This document shows, in pieces, positions 46,601 to 54,453 of a stretch of DNA of 64,000 bases. Source of the stretch: a virus. Its lineage: Duplodnaviria; Caudoviricetes. The notes under the pieces are model-generated. The model worked only from the letters and a program-made list of their open reading frames with translations, made no database searches and was not told where the DNA came from. The stretch lies in the IMG/VR virus record IMGVR_UViG_649633106_000001; one strand, 5' to 3'. The translations under genes and the position numbers were made by a program. The first letter of the stretch is position 1; the number at the start of each line of letters is the position of its first letter.

Positions 46601-49600
46601 TGACTTCCGACCGCACCGGCTATGCCCGCTTCTTCGCGCGCAATGCCGTGGCGAAGCGGGCAAACAAGGACGCGAGCCTTTCCGAGGAACAGCGCGAAGC
46701 GCTGTACGACAGCGACGGCGTGATCCTGCGCGTGCGGCTTTCGCCGAAGGCCCGGATCTATGACATGCGCGCCGGGGAGCAACCTGCCGATCTGCAGCGC
46801 CTCTTCGAGGCCGCGAATTCGGAGAAGGCTGCCGGGGAGGAGTTTCGCAGGCGGCTGATGGACATGGGATATGACGGCGTGGCGTTCAACGAGCCGGTGG
46901 CGCCTGAAGGCTGGCAGACCGACCCGAACGCGACTACGGTGGCCGTCTACCGGACTGAACTGGCACAGGTGCAGGGAAGTGAGGCCCCAACCCGATCTAC
47001 AGAATCCGACGCGCCTCCAGCTTCGGCCGAGACCGCGCCACGGGATGATCGGATCGTGGACTTCGGCGAGAAGATCGGCGGCGCCCGAAAGGACCGCGCC
47101 GAGAAGACCGGGACGCGCGCATCGGCCGCGCCGAAGGATGACCGGCCCGCCTGGGCTCGTCGATTTGAGGTGTCGCAGATCGCGAAGAGCCGGAACCCTG
47201 CCGAAGAGGGGCGCTGGGTCATCCGCGACAAGCGCTCGCTGGACTTCATGAAGCAACCCCGGCAGGTGGGGCGCGACAACTTCGCCACGCGCGAAGCGGC
47301 GGAAGCGGCCATTCCCCTGGCGGCCGTCAGTCTTAAGCACCGGGCGGTGCCGATGCGCGACGGCAATTTCGAGATCTGGCGCGATGTGACCGACCGCAAG
47401 CGCGTGAAGGTGGTCGACCAGGCCTTCGAGAGTCGCGAGGCTGCGCTGCGCTACATGGCGGAGAACGCTCAGGCCATCATCGAGACGAACACCACTTTCG
47501 GCGAGGCCGACCTGCCGCGGCCGGCCAGCGAGCAGCGTGTCGGCGTGGAGCGCCGCACGGGCGACGTGAAGGATGGTGACTTCGGCGGCACCTTCGGCTT
47601 CCGCGGCGTGGAGTTCGGCAACTGGAACAACCAGGTCGACCGTCAGCAGCTGCTGAACGATGCCTACGACGGCCTGCTGGACCTGGCCGAGGTCATGGGC
47701 ATTCCGCCGCGGGCCATCAGTCTCGACGGCGAGTTGGCCCTGGCGTTCGGCGCCCGGGGTAGCGGGCTGAGCGGCGCACGCGCACATTACGAACCCGCGA
47801 AGGCGGTCATCAACCTGACGAAGATGAACGGCGCCGGCTCGCTCGCGCACGAGTGGTTCCATGCCATGGACCACTACTTCGGCCGCCAGGACGGCAAGTC
47901 CTCGACCGAGTGGGTGACGGACAAGGACGGCACGCGCTCTTTGAAGGTCGGACCCGCGTTCGAGGGCGAAGCAGCGAGCGGCGGCCTGCGCGGCGAGCGC
48001 TCAGGTGTGCGTGCGGAGGTGCGTGAGGCCTATGACGGCCTGATGCGGACCATCGCAAAGAAGTCCGAGCACTACGTGGAAGATACGGCGAACGCCGACC
48101 GATTCGTGGCGCGAGCGCGCGAGGGTGTGCAGCACCGGCTTGCGGACATCCGCGCGGGCCTGGCTCAGGCACTCGATGCGCGCTACTTCAAGCGCAACAA
48201 CAAGCCAGCCACGTCCGAGCAGCTTGCCGAGTTCGACACGGTGACGCAGCAGATCCTCGACGGCGTTGCGCTCGACCTGCGCCTCGGGGAGAAGACCGGG
48301 AAGTCCCGCGGCGTGCTGGCCGGCGTGCGCTGGACCAACGATGCGCTCGAGAAGATCAGCGCGATCATGAAGGCCGCGCGAGGGCGCAACGGCTTCGGCG
48401 CCGACGGTAACGGCCCGCTGGACAAGCTGCGCAGTGACATGCAGCTGTACAGCGCCCGGCTCAAGATGTTGGCCGAAGCGCAGCAGGGCAGCGAGAAGAC
48501 CCGCATGGTGCCCACCCAGTTCGTGATGGACGCGAAGGAGCTGGATCAGGGGCGGGGCACCGACTACTGGACGACGCCGCACGAGATGGCCGCGCGGGCC
48601 TTCCAGGGCTACGTCGAAGACAAGATTACTGAACGCGGCGGCGCGAGCCCGTTCCTCAACTTCGGCCCCGAGAACGTCGCCATCCCGACGCCGTGGGGCT
48701 TCAAGCGACCCTTCCCGCACGGCGCAGAGCGTGTCGCCATCAACAAGGCGCTGGACAGGCTCGTGGACGTCATTCAGGCCCGAGAAGGTGAGGGCGGGAA
48801 CGTGGCACTGTTCCGTCGCTCGGAAGACGGCTTGGCAGGCCTGACGCCTGCAGTCGCGAACGCGATGCGCGCACTCAGCCGGCCGTCCTACTCTCCGGAG
48901 GCCCGCATGCAAGCAGTCACCGGCGTGCAGAAGACCGTGGACGCCATTCGGGCTGCTTGGGGCAACGGGCCTGACGTCGTCGTCGCATTCGACATGGGAG
49001 ACCCTGTAGTGCCGGCCGCCGCGCGGCGCGCCGACCTGAAGCAGCGCAGCGGCGGCGCACGCGGCGCGCCGGAGGGCTTCTACTATCGCGGCAAGGCCTA
49101 CCTGATGGCGTCTCGACTGGCGAGCGCCGAGGACGCCGCCCGCGTGCTTTTTCACGAGGTGCTGGGTCACCACGGGCTGCGCGGCCACTTCGGCAAGCGG
49201 CTCGACGGCGTGCTCAACCAGATCGCGACGATGCGGCGCTCGGACGTCGATGCCAAGATCAAGGAGTACGGCCTGCGCGGGGTGAACAAGCTTGACCGCC
49301 GCGCGGCCGCCGAGGAGGTGCTGGCCGAAATGGCACAGCGCACGCCCGAGTTGCACTTCGTGCGGCGCGCTGTGGCGGCGATCCGCGCCTGGTTGCGCGA
49401 GCACGTGCCGGGCTTCCGCGGTCTGCGCCTGACCGACGACGAGATCATCCGCAACTTCATCCTGCCGGCGCGCCAGTTCGTTGAGCGTGGAGCCAGCGCG
49501 GCCGCGCCGGACGCCGGGCCGAGCTTCAGCCGCGCGGAGGACGCCGCGGCGCCGCAGCGCCAGGCATCGACCTTTGCTGAAGCTCGAGCAGCGGCCAAGG

Positions 49601-52600
49601 CGTTCCAGGGCACGCCCTTGCTGAACACCGAAACCGGCATGCAGGCGGTCGTGTCGCGCAACTCGTTGGACAAGATGCTCAGCGCGAAGGCAGTGGGGAA
49701 GTCGGCCAGCCCGGCGGCACATTCGCTGGCGGTCGCGAACCTCGACGCGCTGTTCGAGCGCGCGGTGCTGGGGTGGAGCAAGCCTGATCGGGAAGGGAAC
49801 TCCAACATCAGCGCGGTGCATCGCTTCTTCGTTCCGATGACGCGGAACGGGCGCGAACTGCTGGTGAAGCTGACGGTGAAGGAAACCGCCATCGAGCGTG
49901 ATCCGAACCCGCTCTACACCGTTGAAGCTGTTGAATTCAACGAAAAATCCCCTGCAGCTCAGTGGGTCGCCGCATCTGCCGATGCCGATGGCATCAACCT
50001 GACTTCGATCCGCTCTGCAGGGGAAGTACTCAGTTTAGCGGAACAGATCGAGCGCGGCAACGCGGCCGGCGGTGAGGGGGATGACGCCGACATCATGTTC
50101 AGCCGCTCGAAGGTGGCGGGTTACGCGCGCACGGCCACGGCTGAACTGAACAAGACCTTCAGCGCGCCCGGCACGCTGTCCTGGTGGCACAAGACTGTGG
50201 GCACGATGTACAACCTCGCCGAGCGCTCGCCCGCTTTCAAATCGGTGTTCGACGCCGCTCAGGGCTTCGTGGACGACGTGAGCTTCTTTGCAAACGACGC
50301 TGCCGAGCTGGCGCCCAAGTTGCTGCCGAAACTTGAGACGTGGCGCGACATCAAGAAGTCGCCCGTGGCCGCGGCCGATAACAGGGCGATCGCCAAGCCA
50401 GTGTTCGAGGGCACGCTGACGTGGGCCCGCGACGAGCAGGGCAAGGCAGTGCCGGTTCAGAGCCTGATCGACGCGGCGGCCGGCCTGACCTCCGAGCAGA
50501 AGGCGCAGCGCCTGCTGCGCAATGGCCACCTCGATGAGCGCATGCTGAAGGCCTGGCAGGGCATGCCGCTGGAGTCCTATGAAAAGGCGGTGGGCACGCG
50601 CTTCGAGTCGCGCATGCTGCAGCCGGGGGTGGTCTGGAGCGATGCCGAACTGCGCTCCATGTTCAACCTCAACGATGGCCAGGTGGAGCTCTACCGCGAG
50701 TTCCGCAATGCCACCGACCGCAGCCTGGACACGATGGCGCGAGCCGACATGCTGCGCTTCGCCGGCGACGACGCCAAAGGGCTGCGCGGTATCGTGATGG
50801 ACGCGCCGGATGCGCAGACGGCGGCCGTGCTGATTCGCGATCACCTGGTGCAACTGGCGGGAGACCAGCCCGACCGCGCGACCCTGCTGCTGAACACCGC
50901 CAACGGCATCATCGACCGCGCCGACAAAGTGCGCGACCTGCAGGCCCGCGGCTATGCGCCGCTATCGCGGTTCGGGCGATTCACTGTCGATGCAGTGAAT
51001 GCTGCTGGCGAGCGCCAGTATTTCGGTCTGTTCGAGACGGCGCGCGAGGCCAACACGATGGCCGCGCGCATGCGTGAAGAGTTCGGCGAGACAGGCGTTA
51101 GCCAGGGCACGCTGTCGGAGGAGGCCTTCAAGATGTTCGCGGGCGTGACGCCGGAGACGCTGGAGCTGTTCGGCAATGCCTTGGGCCTCGATTCCACCGG
51201 CGACAGCGCGCAGGACAAGGCCTTTCAGGACTACTTGCGCCTCACGAAGACCAACCGCAGTGCCATGCGCCGGCTGATCCACCGCAAAGGCATCGCAGGC
51301 TTCAGCGAGGAGGTGGGCCGCGTGCTGGCGACGTTCGTGTACAGCAACGCGCGACAGACCGCCGCCGGCCTGCACATGGGCGACCTCGGCGAGGCCGTGA
51401 CCGCGATCCCGAAGGAGCAGGGCGAATTGAAGGACGCCGCGGTGCGCCTGGCCGAGTATGTGAAGAACCCGCAGGAAGAAGCGCAGGCGGTGCGCGGCCT
51501 GTTGTTCGCGCAGTATCTGGGCGGCTCGATTGCGTCGGCGCTGGTGAACGCGCTGCAGCCCGTGCAGGTGACGTTCCCCTGGTTGAGCCAGTACGGCGGC
51601 GCCAAGGCGGCGGCTGCGCAGATCGGCCGCGCCGCGAAGAATCTGGCCGCTCGCCGCAAGAACTACGAGCCCGACCTCGCGGCGGCGCTCAAGCGCGCCG
51701 AGGCCGAGGGCGTAGTGGCGCCGCAGGAGGTGCACCAGCTCATGGCCCAGGCCCGCGGCGCTGGCTCGCTGCGCTCGGGCGACGGCACCCGTGGCGGCGA
51801 CCTGCGCGCGCTGGGCCAGAACGCGCTATCGCGTGTGTCGCTGGCATGGGGCAAGGTGTTTGGCGCGGCCGAGCAACTGAACCGCCGCATCACCTTCATC
51901 GCTGCCTACCGCACCGCGAAAGCGCAGGGCATTGCAGACCCCGCAGGCTTCGCGCGCCAGGCCATCACCGAGACGCAGTTCCTGTACTCGAAGGCCAACA
52001 AAATGGAGTGGGGCCGCGGCGCCGTCGGCGGCACGCTGATGACCTTCAAAACCTACTCAGTCGCGTATCTGGAGCTGCTGCACCGCATGTACACGCAGGG
52101 CGGGCCCGAGGGAAAACGCGCGGCGCTGCTGGCTCTGGGCATGCTGATGCTGATGGGCGGCGCCGGCGGCCTTCCGTTCGCTGAAGACCTGGAGGATGCG
52201 GCCGACGGCCTGGCGCAGATGATGGGCTACAACTTCTCGTCGAAGAAGGCGCGGCAAGAGTTCCTGGAGAGCATGCTGCCGCGCGGCATCGCGCAGTTCA
52301 TCGACAAGGGCGTGAGCGGCCTGCCTGGCGCGCCGCTCGACGTTTCGGGCCGCCTGGGCATGGGCAACCTGATTCCCGGCACCGGGCTGCTACTGGAGAA
52401 GACGAGCCATGCGCGCGACGTATTGGAGATCGCGGGCCCGGCCGGCGACTTCGCCAGCCGCATTCTTTCCGGCGGCCGCAGCGTGCTCACGGGCGACGTG
52501 GGAGCCGGTGTCCTGGAAATGTCGCCGGCGGCGGTGCGTAACGCCGCAAAGGGCGCCGACATGGCGGCCACCGGTATGTATCGCGATGCCAAGGGCTACA

Positions 52601-52989
52601 AGGTGCTCGATACCAACTCGCTGGAGGCGGCGATGAAGGCCATCGGTTTCCAGCCCGGAAGCGTTGCCACCATCCAGGAGGCAAACCGCATCAATCAGGG
52701 CGCGAAGGCCTTCTACAACCTTCGCGCTCAGGAGATCCGCGCGCTGTGGGCTCAGGGCATCTTCGAGAGTGACCCGAAGAAGGTGCAGTCCGCGCGCGAC
52801 CAGGTGGCGACGTGGAACGAGAAGAACCCCGAACAGCCGATGCTGGTGCGAATCCCTGACGTGATGCGGCGCGTGCGCGAGATGCGCAAGACCAAGGACG
52901 AACGGATTGCGGACACCGCGCCACAGGCGATGCGCACCCGTCTTCGCGAAGATTCTGCGCGAGCGCGCACAGCGATCGGATTGGAATAG
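43669..52989 (+). CDS. Large polyvalent virion-injected protein (InPase-like, ART-like, LPD domains, metallopeptidase, PLxRFG)
   Basis: AGNYKLGH..IENPQG..HYGY..DGDHVDVF; LYHGT..GRAVYLT; DFGEKIGGARKD; GVEFGNW..LAHEWFH..EMAARAF; HEVLGHHGL; YAPLSRFG. Confidence 0.9.
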   Translation: MSDTDWEKGDLRPPSTSATDWEKGELKPPSSRSALAVANDTVIEAANAAAGGVSAAANFVKPGNAISKFIDDKIIKAGEESQSDVVKASKKKFRDDVEGADGVGGELKAVGSYVLENPVLSAAQAAGSFVGPGAAIKGAGAAARAVGAGAKAVERAGLAGSAAAGGAMAGGDAAGTAYDLASKAGATDEQATAAGRQASVIPAIVGGAGSLVGAERLVAGAKGFGGSALARAGKTAAVEAAQEGFEEGITQYEGQRAAVPFDPTIDPTKGVAAAAGMGAALGGITGGGVSLLTGGHGGAEAPAPVAAPLLLRNEPDPLVGFPDGTIGRRSEIDAYLASLPEDQRAAARARMMGLAPEAVAPAPASVPAAAEDARRSAITRLNELNQQERGEPAVAQVAPPDGAAALAQQRTAEEAARQAEIEASRAVTGPDDEILQSIGATDAAPMLPSQRMGLDPAAGPLSSAAVVAVDSGASQQLVAQAALQQAAEEAKEQGDTEQVGLDFSAERPGREQLVEAHAADLRERLDFLQQQGRAGGWDARLIAERDRVQAELDALAPAVAASAPAPTSVTEGVAQARARRGASKGTAPAPATVPARGAAVPSDAVAARPSAWRTNPLQARKVAKSLGIDAGGLRTPQIVAAIDSRDAQVQTQPQGGEDVAAARGVRVADDGARSPAGAAPNTAGRPARDTQPDGATAARGADTGGAVSPVLEAVPDAARASERQPPLSENAAPAAAVDAAAHEAATSPLNATPEPTPAQKDAGNYKLGHLSGADVQGLRISIENPQGSTRSGTSPDGVEWSNTMAAHYGYVKGTEAADGDHVDVFVGPHAATAPTVYVVDQVNADGSYDEAKALFGFNTEAEAVAAYRGSYDADWKVGPITAMSVDEFKAGLAAGRFKNALSPSLQPAARSARGVLAKMQKAKVQREAKAASSPPPVQNGKSFGELYHGTPLPFERFDADRLGQMGSGEDHQGRAVYLTSDRTGYARFFARNAVAKRANKDASLSEEQREALYDSDGVILRVRLSPKARIYDMRAGEQPADLQRLFEAANSEKAAGEEFRRRLMDMGYDGVAFNEPVAPEGWQTDPNATTVAVYRTELAQVQGSEAPTRSTESDAPPASAETAPRDDRIVDFGEKIGGARKDRAEKTGTRASAAPKDDRPAWARRFEVSQIAKSRNPAEEGRWVIRDKRSLDFMKQPRQVGRDNFATREAAEAAIPLAAVSLKHRAVPMRDGNFEIWRDVTDRKRVKVVDQAFESREAALRYMAENAQAIIETNTTFGEADLPRPASEQRVGVERRTGDVKDGDFGGTFGFRGVEFGNWNNQVDRQQLLNDAYDGLLDLAEVMGIPPRAISLDGELALAFGARGSGLSGARAHYEPAKAVINLTKMNGAGSLAHEWFHAMDHYFGRQDGKSSTEWVTDKDGTRSLKVGPAFEGEAASGGLRGERSGVRAEVREAYDGLMRTIAKKSEHYVEDTANADRFVARAREGVQHRLADIRAGLAQALDARYFKRNNKPATSEQLAEFDTVTQQILDGVALDLRLGEKTGKSRGVLAGVRWTNDALEKISAIMKAARGRNGFGADGNGPLDKLRSDMQLYSARLKMLAEAQQGSEKTRMVPTQFVMDAKELDQGRGTDYWTTPHEMAARAFQGYVEDKITERGGASPFLNFGPENVAIPTPWGFKRPFPHGAERVAINKALDRLVDVIQAREGEGGNVALFRRSEDGLAGLTPAVANAMRALSRPSYSPEARMQAVTGVQKTVDAIRAAWGNGPDVVVAFDMGDPVVPAAARRADLKQRSGGARGAPEGFYYRGKAYLMASRLASAEDAARVLFHEVLGHHGLRGHFGKRLDGVLNQIATMRRSDVDAKIKEYGLRGVNKLDRRAAAEEVLAEMAQRTPELHFVRRAVAAIRAWLREHVPGFRGLRLTDDEIIRNFILPARQFVERGASAAAPDAGPSFSRAEDAAAPQRQASTFAEARAAAKAFQGTPLLNTETGMQAVVSRNSLDKMLSAKAVGKSASPAAHSLAVANLDALFERAVLGWSKPDREGNSNISAVHRFFVPMTRNGRELLVKLTVKETAIERDPNPLYTVEAVEFNEKSPAAQWVAASADADGINLTSIRSAGEVLSLAEQIERGNAAGGEGDDADIMFSRSKVAGYARTATAELNKTFSAPGTLSWWHKTVGTMYNLAERSPAFKSVFDAAQGFVDDVSFFANDAAELAPKLLPKLETWRDIKKSPVAAADNRAIAKPVFEGTLTWARDEQGKAVPVQSLIDAAAGLTSEQKAQRLLRNGHLDERMLKAWQGMPLESYEKAVGTRFESRMLQPGVVWSDAELRSMFNLNDGQVELYREFRNATDRSLDTMARADMLRFAGDDAKGLRGIVMDAPDAQTAAVLIRDHLVQLAGDQPDRATLLLNTANGIIDRADKVRDLQARGYAPLSRFGRFTVDAVNAAGERQYFGLFETAREANTMAARMREEFGETGVSQGTLSEEAFKMFAGVTPETLELFGNALGLDSTGDSAQDKAFQDYLRLTKTNRSAMRRLIHRKGIAGFSEEVGRVLATFVYSNARQTAAGLHMGDLGEAVTAIPKEQGELKDAAVRLAEYVKNPQEEAQAVRGLLFAQYLGGSIASALVNALQPVQVTFPWLSQYGGAKAAAAQIGRAAKNLAARRKNYEPDLAAALKRAEAEGVVAPQEVHQLMAQARGAGSLRSGDGTRGGDLRALGQNALSRVSLAWGKVFGAAEQLNRRITFIAAYRTAKAQGIADPAGFARQAITETQFLYSKANKMEWGRGAVGGTLMTFKTYSVAYLELLHRMYTQGGPEGKRAALLALGMLMLMGGAGGLPFAEDLEDAADGLAQMMGYNFSSKKARQEFLESMLPRGIAQFIDKGVSGLPGAPLDVSGRLGMGNLIPGTGLLLEKTSHARDVLEIAGPAGDFASRILSGGRSVLTGDVGAGVLEMSPAAVRNAAKGADMAATGMYRDAKGYKVLDTNSLEAAMKAIGFQPGSVATIQEANRINQGAKAFYNLRAQEIRALWAQGIFESDPKKVQSARDQVATWNEKNPEQPMLVRIPDVMRRVREMRKTKDERIADTAPQAMRTRLREDSARARTAIGLE

Positions 52990-53122
52990 GGCGGGGGGAG
53001 GGGCGGCTGCTTCGCGTCCACGCGCCCAGGCAACTGTGAGAGTTGCGCCGGCGACGTCCACAGCACCGCGTAGCCTTTCCGGAGGACGCATCGGCATCTA
53101 GCATGCTATCGCTTAAGCCTCC

Positions 53123-53168
53123 ATACTCAATATTGAGTATTGACGCAACCGGGCGGCGCAGACAGTAT
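53123..53168 (+). promoter_or_regulatory. Sigma70-like moron promoter with an 18-bp palindromic operator
   Basis: ATACTCAATATTGAGTAT (53123-53140) abutting TTGACG, 17 bp, CAGTAT. Confidence 0.6.
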
Positions 53169-53197
53169 GACAAGAAGCTAATGTCTCGCCTATCGCT

Positions 53198-53488
53198 ATG
53201 TACGTTTCATTCAAAACCTCTGCAACTTGGTTTTTGGTTGCCGTAGCAATGTGGTCTTCGACGTGTCTCGCTGCACAGCGGTCTTTTGTAGCCTCATCTG
53301 GAGATAAAGCAACGGCCTGCAATTCGGCGAAGAACGAAGCACAGCGACGAATGGGAAGTAAGGCAAGAACGGGTGGATGCGATTGCTCAAAAAAGGAGCT
53401 TGACCCAAAAAGCGCCGAAGGCATTGCACACAAGTCTGTCGAGGGAAGCTATACGAAGTGGACGTGCCAAGTAGATGGTGAAAGCTAG
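53198..53488 (+). CDS. Small secreted Cys-containing protein (moron)
   Basis: Signal peptide ending CLA-A, four mature Cys, low GC. Confidence 0.65.
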   Translation: MYVSFKTSATWFLVAVAMWSSTCLAAQRSFVASSGDKATACNSAKNEAQRRMGSKARTGGCDCSKKELDPKSAEGIAHKSVEGSYTKWTCQVDGES

Positions 53489-53508
53489 CCTGGACGAAAG
53501 GTGCTCAC

Positions 53509-53952
53509 ATGCGCGTGAAACCAATAGCAGTTGTCTTCTTGCTAATTCTTGCCCTTCGTACCGCGGCCGCCGAATCGATATTCAGTCAGGACCTTCGCGC
53601 ATGTGACGGCCAGCCTGAAGGCACCGTTCCGTACGGAAAGACCGACTGGGGCATTGACGACGAGACAATGCAAATGAACTGGGAAGTAGCGTCGAAATCT
53701 GGCGCGGCAGACTTGAGCGTCGTCACATTCTTGGCGCAAGTCCGCCAGTTCTTTGTGCACGGTAGCACAGTAACCGCCACCTGTAAGTCTGATCGATCTT
53801 GTCTTAACGTAATCAAATCTGGCATGAGCGGCGCTGAACAGTCATACCCCACAAGTTACCGAGTAATCAACTGCACTTCAAACGAGTCGGCTGAGCGCTT
53901 GGCCGCTTCCTTTCGGGCTCATTTTCGAATATCGGCTCCACCGCCAAAGTGA
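53509..53952 (+). CDS. Secreted/periplasmic protein (moron)
   Basis: Signal peptide ending AAA-E, four Cys, low GC, AAGG SD. Confidence 0.7.
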   Translation: MRVKPIAVVFLLILALRTAAAESIFSQDLRACDGQPEGTVPYGKTDWGIDDETMQMNWEVASKSGAADLSVVTFLAQVRQFFVHGSTVTATCKSDRSCLNVIKSGMSGAEQSYPTSYRVINCTSNESAERLAASFRAHFRISAPPPK

Positions 53953-54046
53953 TGGTGTGACGTTGGGCGGCCAACCATTCATAAGCGAGACCCGTCCCGA
54001 GCCCAGCGTGGCAATCTCCTGCCCCCCGTACAAGTTTGAACTCGCG

Positions 54047-54088
54047 CCCCCTCTAGGGTTAGACCACGGGGCCGGGGGGCGGCAGCAT
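54047..54088 (+). promoter_or_regulatory. Late promoter motif copy 6 (tail fibre operon)
   Basis: CCCCCTCTAGGGTT, CAGCAT at +29, ATG 54097. Confidence 0.75.
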
Positions 54089-54096
54089 GCCGATCC

Positions 54097-54453
54097 ATGG
54101 CCGGATTCAAACTCAACCTCAGGATTGATCAGGGCGCCACGTTCAATCAATTGGCGACGTGGAGGACTGGCAAGAGGCCGGGCGTGCCGGTCGACCTGAC
54201 GGGGTGCACGGCGCGCATGCAGATCCGCGAGAAGCTCGCCGCCCCTTCAGTGCTGGTCGACCTCACCACCGAGAACGGTGGCATCCTGCTCGGCGGCAGC
54301 ACCGGCGCCATCACAATGCGCATCGAGGCAGCCGTCACGGCCGCCTACGCCTGGCGCAGCGGCATTTACGACCTCGAAATCATCTTCGCTGACGACACGG
54401 TGCGGCGCCTGATGCACGGATCCGTCAGCGTGTCCCCTGAGGTGACTCGATGA
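54097..54453 (+). CDS. Tail-fibre adaptor-like protein
   Basis: IDQGATF..PVDLTGCTARMQIR..YDLEI..G.V.VSPEVTR. Confidence 0.8.
   Translation: MAGFKLNLRIDQGATFNQLATWRTGKRPGVPVDLTGCTARMQIREKLAAPSVLVDLTTENGGILLGGSTGAITMRIEAAVTAAYAWRSGIYDLEIIFADDTVRRLMHGSVSVSPEVTR

Noticed and set aside
22189-49821. Long antisense ORFs (22189-23898, 28808-30253, 38157-40082, 40880-42412, 46399-47874, 48001-49821)
   Set aside because: Shadow frames of GC-rich genes, with no start signals or motifs.
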